Assembly: GCA_037447605.1 (NCBI GenBank)
Contig: CM074815.1
Coordinates: 930,001 to 994,000, forward strand
Source: Zygnema circumcarinatum SAG 698-1b
Lineage: Eukaryota; Plantae; Zygnematophyceae
Reading direction: 5' to 3'
Length of the DNA: 64,000 bases
Under the pieces are notes generated by a model, which had not been told where the DNA came from, made no database searches, and was given only the letters and a program-made list of their open reading frames with translations. Both the position numbers and the translations under genes were made by a program. Each line of letters opens with the position of its first letter. The stretch's first letter is position 1. Shown in pieces: positions 56,185 through 64,000 of the stretch.

Positions 56185-57197
56185 TGTTAGTGTATGATAG
56201 TTAGCATGTTTTGTTGGAACATTAGTTTTGTGTGTTTGTGTTGTGTGTTTCCTTAAGCGTGATGCTTAAGTTAGTAAGCGGCGGTCACGGACATTTTGAT
56301 TACGATTGGAAGAAGCGCTGACTTGGCGGAGTCCAGAAGTGACGGTAGCGGCTAGCGACGAAATCGGAGAAATGACGATGGCCAGACGGCGGCGGGCTGA
56401 GTGGAAGATGTGGCGGCTTGGCGCGGAATGCTAGCGTAGCGGAGCTCGGAAGTGGCGGCGGCGTCAGCAACTGGATTGAGCGATTAGGACTTGGCAGCGA
56501 TCTTGGCGTCAAAATGTCGGCGCTGATTGTTCATCATTATGCGGGAAGCGTACGGATGCCCGGTGGCGTCGCGGCAGCGCGGGCGCAGCTGGCGTCATCA
56601 ATCTTGGAGGCGAGGTGAGATCCTCGGCGCCAGAGCGTGGATTGAAAGCAAGAGGCGAGTGGATCTGGCGGAGGAAGCATGCAGGATCGTGGCGGCGGCG
56701 AGGATCAGCGGCGCGGGGATTAGGATCGGGATAGGGCCCTTGCGGGCCGCTAGCCGATGTTGTGAGCTTCGTAGCATGGTAGTGTCACGGATGTTGTGAC
56801 ATAGTATATAGTGTGTTGTTTTGTTTGGTTGTTAATCTTTAACCGATTATCAAGCGTGGTAGTAGCCAGACTCTGAAGGTGATGCTCGTGTTCTTTGAAC
56901 ATTACACTTGCTTGATAGCTGCTGGTAGTGGGCTTTTGAGTTTATTGGGCTATTTGAGGAGGGGTCTCTCATTTTGTGTTGATGGGTGATGTATTAAGGA
57001 GTTTTAGAGCGAGAGCTTTCTCCTATCCTTTTCTCTACATTCCATTGCATATTAAAGAGAGGTTCACTCTGTGAAGTAAATGGGCTATGGTGAATGTGAG
57101 AGTTTGGGAAATGTCATCATCGATTGGAACGCGAACTCCGATGGAAGGTGATACGAGTGGAGAAGCCGGCAGCAGTGGAGGAGTCCCTCCACCAACA
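56185..57197 (+). mobile_element. 3' LTR of the copia element (~1.0 kb)
   Basis: Begins TGTT immediately after the PPT. The best end is ...CCACCAACA at 57197; the 5' LTR is not visible to confirm it. Confidence 0.65.
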
Positions 57198-57355
57198 TTT
57201 ACAACGGGTTTAAAAGTAGTAATATAGTACAAAGTAAAACACTTTATTACATATATTATACCCACTCGTTTTGAACAATTAACGACCGTACGACCGTACT
57301 CGTACGGTCATACGGTCGTACCATACCAAAATTAGGTCGTTTTGGCGTTGGCGTT

Positions 57356-58328
57356 TGTAGCACAAGATAAGTGGAGTTAAGAGGAGACTGCTGATCTAGC
57401 TGAAGGTGCTGTACGACAACTAGTGCATCTGTCCTGAAACTAATGAAGGGTTGGATTGGGGTTGTGGGTCTGCCTGCAGTATAGAGCCGAGAACCGGGGA
57501 TTGAAGGAAGATACCTTGCTTGGCCGAGCGTAAAGGATCTGAAGATGTTCCTTGTTGTGGGACCTTCGGCTGCGCAGAGCCCCTTCAGGGGTTCTCTTCT
57601 TGTTCTCTCTTGGCTATTCTCTTTGCTAGGCTCCTAGTTATCATCGGTCATTGGGAGAATGGAAGGCGAGGACAAAAGCAAGTTTGGAGCAGCATAGAGG
57701 CAAAAGGGAAGATAGGAGTCGGCTTAGAAAAGCCTTGGAAACTTACGGCCGGCCAGTTTGGTAGATTCTCGACCAATATAAATTAATGCTTCTCATTGAA
57801 ATGCTTGTGCATTTTGGGCTGAATTGGATGTCTAAATGCTATCCCACAAACCAGAAGACTCTCTCTCTCTCTGCTGAGTGGAACTCTTTCTCTCTAAATG
57901 TAGCATCTATTCTTTGAAGCTTGAGAAGGAAGAAAAGAAAACGAGGACAAACCACCACGACAAATACAAATACTAAGCCCAACACTAAAAGACAAAACTA
58001 GCATCAGCGACTCCATCCTATACATCTCGACGGTAAATCACGAGTCTTAGTAGTGGCGGTCTCGATTGGCCAGCCTGACCCCTTGAGTGGCCTGGTGACT
58101 ATGTGGAGCCTTATGATGGGTCAACTAACCAACTTGCTCGGCGGAATTACTCCAGGTGCGCCTGGCGGATGATGTGGCATTAAAGTGGGCCGCCAACACA
58201 TGATGCGCCTTCTCGCATCCTCGGGTTGTCGGCCACGGATTACAGCGTCACGTGATTACGAAGAGGCATATATCAAGTACAAGCGGGCGGCCCGGCAGAT
58301 CCGTCGAGCCTTGGCTCAACGTGCTACA
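57356..58328 (-). mobile_element. LTR of the same family as 26047-27044
   Basis: TGTAGC/GCTACA termini and full-length similarity to the reverse complement of 26047-27044. No TSD, and a purine-rich stretch precedes it on the minus strand, consistent with a 3' LTR. Confidence 0.8.
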
Positions 58329-58434
58329 TCGCCCTTTATGCGGGGAAAAACAAGCGCGCACGCCACGGCCCGGTATCAATATGAAAAGAAGAAGTCGAGG
58401 TTCAATGGAGGGATGTGGGATAGGCTGGATGCAA

Positions 58435-59165
58435 TGTAGAGGTAGGGGGGAGGGAGTGTCCGCATTCGAAAGCGCCTCTCGGCCACGTCTGTGGAATAAC
58501 ACTCAAAGCTACTCGGTGAGCACTCAAAAGAGAGAGAGAGAGAGCTTGAGTGGGGAGGCGGCCGTGGGCGGGCATGCAACGTATGCGGTACGTTGGTTGG
58601 TGGCGGCGGCCAGCCTCGCCTATATGCTTCCCAGGTCAAACCTCCTGCCGGCATGGAGGATTAGGCGAGCATCCGGTGGCAACCCGCCGCGTGTCGATCT
58701 CGGCGAGTAGGTGAGAGGAGTGCAACGTATGAACGCTCACCCAGCGTTCGCGAGCCTTCGCGGCAGCAGCGCCCATGCGTCTGTCGATTACACTTGATGG
58801 ATCCCTCACAGCCTTGTAGCGAGGCCGCTTGTGACCAAGCACCCGCGGTAACCCATGCCGTGCGGAAAGGCTGAGATTCCCGAAGGGGATCGGGGGCGGA
58901 TCCAATGGCGGGGCGAGATGGGTCCCGTGGTGCAGATATCCCAATCCTCCCTTAAGTGAGGACCTTGGCGAGGGTGATGTAGAGCACCGTGATTACGTGG
59001 TGCCCCCACGTGTGAACCAGTTCTTACGGTTCGAACCTAGGACCTCCGTCGTCCTATAGGGTATCCGATGCCCTAACCGTTAGGTACTGCACTGGATGGA
59101 AACATAAGGCCACGCCGGGCTTTAAGTAATCCTTCCCCTTGGGGTGACTGTAGCGTTTCGCTACA
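58435..59165 (-). mobile_element. 3' LTR of the chromoviral gypsy element
   Basis: On the minus strand PPT AAGGGGGAGTAA is followed by TGTAGC at 59165. The CTACA end at 58435 is tentative. Confidence 0.6.
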
Positions 59166-62100
59166 TTACTCCCCCTTGTGAGAATGTGAAAGCAGCCCTG
59201 GATTCGCGTGTGTGAGGCGTAGGAAAGGCATTTCGTAGTTTCAGCGGCAGCGTCGAACTCTCACGTGATAGCAGGAGGGCTTTCAGCGGTAATCGGTCAA
59301 GTCCTTCGAGTTGTAGCGGGGGCGGCTTTCGAGGAACCCCCGGCCGCCCACCGCCCAGCTCTCTGCGGCTGCGCCTCCCGGTACAAGTTTATAAGCTCAC
59401 GGCAATTGGTCAGTTGCCTGGGCTGCGTCTTTATGTTACCAGCCCACTTGGCCCAGCCATTTCCGCGAGGTATTACGTGGCGGGAAGATCGACCCTTTCT
59501 CACAAGACGGTGGGCTTGAATGGTTTCAACTTCATACTCAAGTTCACCCTCAAGCTCCACTGGTGGGGGAGGTGGCTGGATCCTCCCATCGCTACGGTAG
59601 ACCTTTAGCAAGCCCACATGAAAGACCGGATGCACCTTCATGTGGGATGGTAAATCCAACCTGTAAGCGACATCATTGATGCGCTTCACGACCTGGAAGG
59701 GTCCGATGAAGCGGGGCCACAGCTTACGTGTTCCGCCATAAGCTTTGAGTCTCAAGTTCGCCGTACTTAACAACACCTCATCACCCTCTTTGAAGGTGAG
59801 CTGGAGTGCAGTACGGCGGTCGGCATAAGCACTTTTATGCTTGGCGGGCGCTAGCGAGATGCCGTGCCCTCTGCGGCGCCTGCGAGACGTGCTTGGGACA
59901 AGATCATTGCGGGAGGTTGAGTCCCATCGGTCCCTCGGCTTCAAGTCGGGGGTTACGTGGGCGCCCATGTTCCTGGTCGAGGCGATCCTTGGTTACTTGG
60001 GGATTTGGGGATCTTGCGACCAAAGTTCAGAAAGAAAGGGGTGGTACCAATGGACTCTCACGGTAAGCATTATTGATGGCATACTTTCGATAGCGAGGCG
60101 TTAAGTCTCACCCATCCGGGATAGGTCCCACATATCACGGGTAATCCTCGGGGATCCTGTTTGCCCGTTACACGATAAACCATCGGTTTGCGGGTGGAAG
60201 GCTGTACTTAGAGCCTGCTTGGTTCCCACGATCCTGAGAACTTCTTTCCAGAAGTGGCCAGTGAATCGGGGGTCACGGTCAGAAACTATTTCCGACTGTA
60301 GTCTATGTTGGTTGGCTCCACACCTTGTCAACATACAACCGTGCAATCTCGTCGGCCCCAGCTGTCTTAGTAGTTGGTGCAAAGTGCACCATCTTGCTGA
60401 GCCGATCGACAAAGACGAGGATGGTGTCATGCCCTTGAGGTGTCACAGGAAGATCTGTGATCATGTCCATACCCACACTATCCCATTTCCGAAAAGGAGG
60501 TGTGAGGGGTTGCAGCTGGCCAGGGATCCTGCCAGTGCGGGGTTTGTTGCGTTGACAAGTTGGACAAGCGAGTACATACGCTTTCACGTCCCTCGAGAGT
60601 CCAGGCCACCAGAACTCTCGGAGCAGTGCCTCACGGGTTTTGGCAACTCCCATGTGACCCCTGTACGGAGGATCATGGAGCTCACTCAGAATGAGTTGCC
60701 GTACAGTTCCGGCCTTGGGCACGACCAACTGCTGGCCGTGGTACCAGAATCCGTCCTTAGACACCACTTTGTCCTTATAGCCATTACCTTGGCCATCCAG
60801 GAACAAAGGATCACCAGTATACCCCTCCTGGATCATCTGTCTGAGATCAGAGAGAGCAGGAGGGTTGACTGCGTCACTGGTGGAGGGATCTATGACAAAG
60901 CATACTGGAGACGGAGACTCGGGGTTGGCCGGCCCCTCACCTCTGTCATCTCGTTCCACCAACACTCGAGTCGACGAGCTCACCATCCAGGCAAGATGCC
61001 GAGGCTGCCTGCTCAGTGGGTCTGCTACATTCAGCCTTTCGGGCCGATAAACCCACTGGCAGTCAAACATTTGGAGGAACTCTGACCAGCATGCCTGCCG
61101 CCTAGACAAGGTCTGTTGGGTTGAGAGGAACGTCAGCGGGCGGTGGTCAGTGACCAGCGTGACCGCCTTCGCCCCCTCCAAATAGCACCGCCATGTCCTC
61201 AGGGCGTGGACTACTGCAAGCAATTCCTGTTCCGTTGCAGAATAGTTGCGCTCAGCGGGATTCATCTTGCGACTTTCATACGCCAAAGGTTGGCCATCTT
61301 GAAACAAGACGGCACCCAAGGCGAATCCCGAAGCATCACAAACCACTTCATAAGGTTTGGACGGGTCCGCTAAACGGAGAGTAGGTGCGGTAACAAGTGC
61401 ATGGCGTACGCCCTCAAATGCTTCCTGACATTCAGGGGTCCATACAAAGGGGACACCGGAACGTGTCAAATTAGTCAAGGGAGTAACCAACTTACTAAAC
61501 CCTTGGATGAATTTACGAAAATAATTCGCAAACCCCAAGAATGATCGCAACTGATGCAAGTCAGTCGGTTCTGCCCAAGTTTCTACCTCAGAAACTTTGG
61601 CAGGGTCTGGCCGAAGGCCTTGATCATTCAAGATATGCCCAAGATAAAGCAACTCCCGTTGCATGAAGTGACACTTCTTCCTCTTGGCATAAAATTGGTG
61701 TTTCCTCAGGGTCTCAAACACTTTCCGAACGTGTTCAAGATGGTCCTCCTCTGTCTTACTGAAGACAAGGATATCATCGAGGTAAACCAAAACAAACCCA
61801 TCCATGCCGATGAACATCTCGTTCATCACGGCTTGGAAAGTGGCCGGAGCATTAGTCAATCCAAAGGGCAACACCTTATATTGGAAATGACCAATCGGCG
61901 TCCGGAACGCAGTCTTTGGTACATCAGCTTCCGTGACGCGAATCTGATGATACCCCTGAGCACGATCAAGTGATGTAAACACTTTGGCGCCGTGAAGATG
62001 ATCCAACAGATCATCGATACGTGGTAAAGCAAATCGATTCTTTACGGTGATCTTGTTGAGTGCACGATAATCAATGCACATCCTCAACGAGCCATCTTTT

Positions 62101-62897
62101 TTCCCAACAAACAAGATGGGCGCCCCAAAGGGGCTCTGACTGGGTTCTATCCAGCCCTTGTCCCGTAAATTAGTCAACTGCTTACGCATCTCTTCGGTTT
62201 CTTTCGGACTTAACCGATAGATCGGCCGCCAAGGCGGCTTTTGCTCAGGCTCAAGAGGGATTGTGTGCCCCACTCCTCTAGACGGTGGCAACCCTCTTGG
62301 GAGGTCATCAGGGAAAACATCCCTGAACTCATCCAACAAAGGTTGGATTTTGGGTGGAACGGCCGAAAGCACATCCGTAGATGTGATCTGCCATTCCTGA
62401 TCTTCGTCATGCACATCCTCAGTGGTTGCCATGACATGCACCATGAACAAGGTGCAACCCTCCTTAACTGCTTTGGCCAATTGCATAGCCGAGCAGAGAT
62501 AAGGAGTATCAACCTGCGTGGTAGCAGTGGATGTGGGTTTGCCAGGGTGCAGTGTGATGCGCCTATCACCACTGTGCAGAATGCAGTGTGGGATGGAAAA
62601 GTCCAATTGGGCTTTGACCATGGTTAACCAAGCACTCCCTTAAATAACATCGGTACCAGGGGCCAGTTGTGTCAGAAGACACTTCACTGCCCCGGAGTAG
62701 GATTGGAGCGTGATCTTGAGTGTGACGATGCCAGAGATCTGGCCCTTGCGTCCATCCCTGAAAGTAACACTTTCTGAATGGGGATCTGTGGTCAACCCAA
62801 ATCTCTGGGTGAATGCAGAACTAACAAAGTTAGTATCTGCCCCAGTATCTAGCAGTATAACTGCTGGGTGGCCATTGGCTGACCCTCGGAAGGTCAT
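59166..62897 (-). mobile_element. Ty3/gypsy chromovirus pol (PR-RT-RNase H-IN-chromodomain), defective; 5' part lost in a gap
   Basis: LLDTGADTNF, PSQSPFGAPILFV..RMCIDYRALN, YLDDILVFS, CDASGFALGAVL, ELHDPPY.GH.G, HPQTDG, GPF motif and PPPPVELEGELEYEVE chromodomain start. In-frame TAA at 62642-62640, and a frameshift/deletion in the integrase near 60300-60150. Confidence 0.93.
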
Positions 62898-62907
62898 NNN
62901 NNNNNNN

Positions 62908-63175
62908 TTTCCCAGCCACGTGTACTTACACCTGGCTGTGCTTTTAGCTTGTACTTTTCTGTTAGTTTAGTTGTACCTTTGCGGCTGTGTGCTTCACACC
63001 CGGCCGCCCTTGCTCAGGCTAGTTCCACACTCTTTTGTCGCGTAGCTCTAGCCGCAATGTATATAAAACAGATTAGGACATTGTACACTTTACCACGTTA
63101 ATCACACATCTGTCTTTTTGTGTCAACTCTCTCTGTCCTCACTTTGATCGTACAATGTCCACTCCGTCTTTTTCA
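62908..63175 (+). mobile_element. 3' part of the 5' LTR of a second copia element
   Basis: Ends ...TTTTTCA a few nt before the PBS. The start is hidden by the gap. Confidence 0.6.
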
Positions 63176-63949
63176 ATAGGTTATGGGCCCACTCATGCCT
63201 CAAATGCGCTTGAAAAATTTGATGGGACAAACTGGCACGACTGGAAGTTTCAGTGCCAGCAGCTTTTTGAGGAAGAGAATCTGTGGTCTGTCGTTACTGG
63301 TCTAGAGACCTGTCCTTTGCCACTTCCCTCCACCGCCGACGCGGCCGCCTTGGCTGCACGCGCGAAGGAGATCGCCGATTGGACAAAACGCGACAAGAAG
63401 GCGTTTCTCCGCATCACACTCGGCATTCAGCGCAGTCTCATCGGACACGTCCGTGACGCCACCAGCTCCCACGACGCTTGGACTCTTCTGACCAATGCGT
63501 ACGAACCTCGGAAGTGGTCTCACAAACTCCGCTCATGGGCGCGTCTCACTAATTGGCGTGAAAAGGAATCCTCCTCAAAACCATGTCGACATATAACAAC
63601 GTACGAAATCCTTTTGCTAGGATGGCTTCTCGCTAAAGATATTTGCGGAAGTTCCAGCGATGCATAGATCATTCAATCTTTTAGGGCGGGCTGCCCTACT
63701 CTTTCCTCGTCCTTCATCTTGTCCATTGATGCTGCCTCGATCTCACTAACTGTCGCTGATCTGACCGACCTTCTTTTGAACGAGGAGGAAAAAGATTCCA
63801 CCCCCTCCAGATCCTCCCACGCGTCCGCGCTTTTCGGATCTGGTCCTCCACCGCCCAAGTCTCCTGGCGCCCTCTTTTGTCGGTATTGCAAGGAATCGTA
63901 CCACGTAAAGGGACAACCGGCCCCGCCTGGCCAATGCGAGGCGCGCTGA
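63155..63949 (+). mobile_element. Second Ty1/copia gag (UBN2/Retrotran_gag_2-like), disrupted
   Basis: LEKFDGTNWHDWKF....LWSVVTG...W.KRDKKA...SSHDAW..L. The frame breaks after ~63520 and a degenerate knuckle CRYCKESYH lies near 63880. Confidence 0.85.
63179..63191 (+). other. Primer-binding site GGTTATGGGCCCA (half initiator-Met tRNA type)
   Basis: Matches the recalled PBS of Drosophila copia/Osser-type elements. Confidence 0.75.
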
Positions 63950-64000
63950 TTTTGCTGCCTGCCCAGAGCCTTCCGCTGGGCTGGCGCGCGCGCAAGTGCG

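Overview
Eukaryotic, intron-rich streptophyte-type genomic DNA. The gene content suggests a streptophyte alga or early-diverging land plant; this is inference and the species cannot be fixed from the sequence. The scaffold has six 10-N gaps. Genes from left to right: the 5' exon of a plastid fructokinase-like FLN2 (-) followed by a ~3.1-kb (GA)n tract; a 15-exon TIME FOR COFFEE-like gene with very large polyQ/PQ tracts (+); a DUF707 gene (-); a six-exon gene that no single ORF in the track captures, whose 207-aa product resembles the animal cannabinoid-receptor-interacting protein CNRIP1/CRIP1a (+); a 13-exon MFS transporter (-) with a 2.56-kb telomere-like TTTTTAGGG array in one intron; and two tandem secreted type-B carboxylesterases (+). 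The right quarter is a nest of decayed LTR retrotransposons (two Ty1/copia, one chromodomain Ty3/gypsy, LTRs). Non-autonomous DNA transposons are also present: a Mutator-like element with a 9-bp TSD, and a Tc1/mariner-like element with a TA TSD that carries a solo LTR. Runs of TA-CAG/TA-CTG units resemble stacked mariner excision footprints. No rRNA, tRNA or CRISPR array could be supported. Exon models and family calls were made by eye and from recalled reference sequences; no database search was run.
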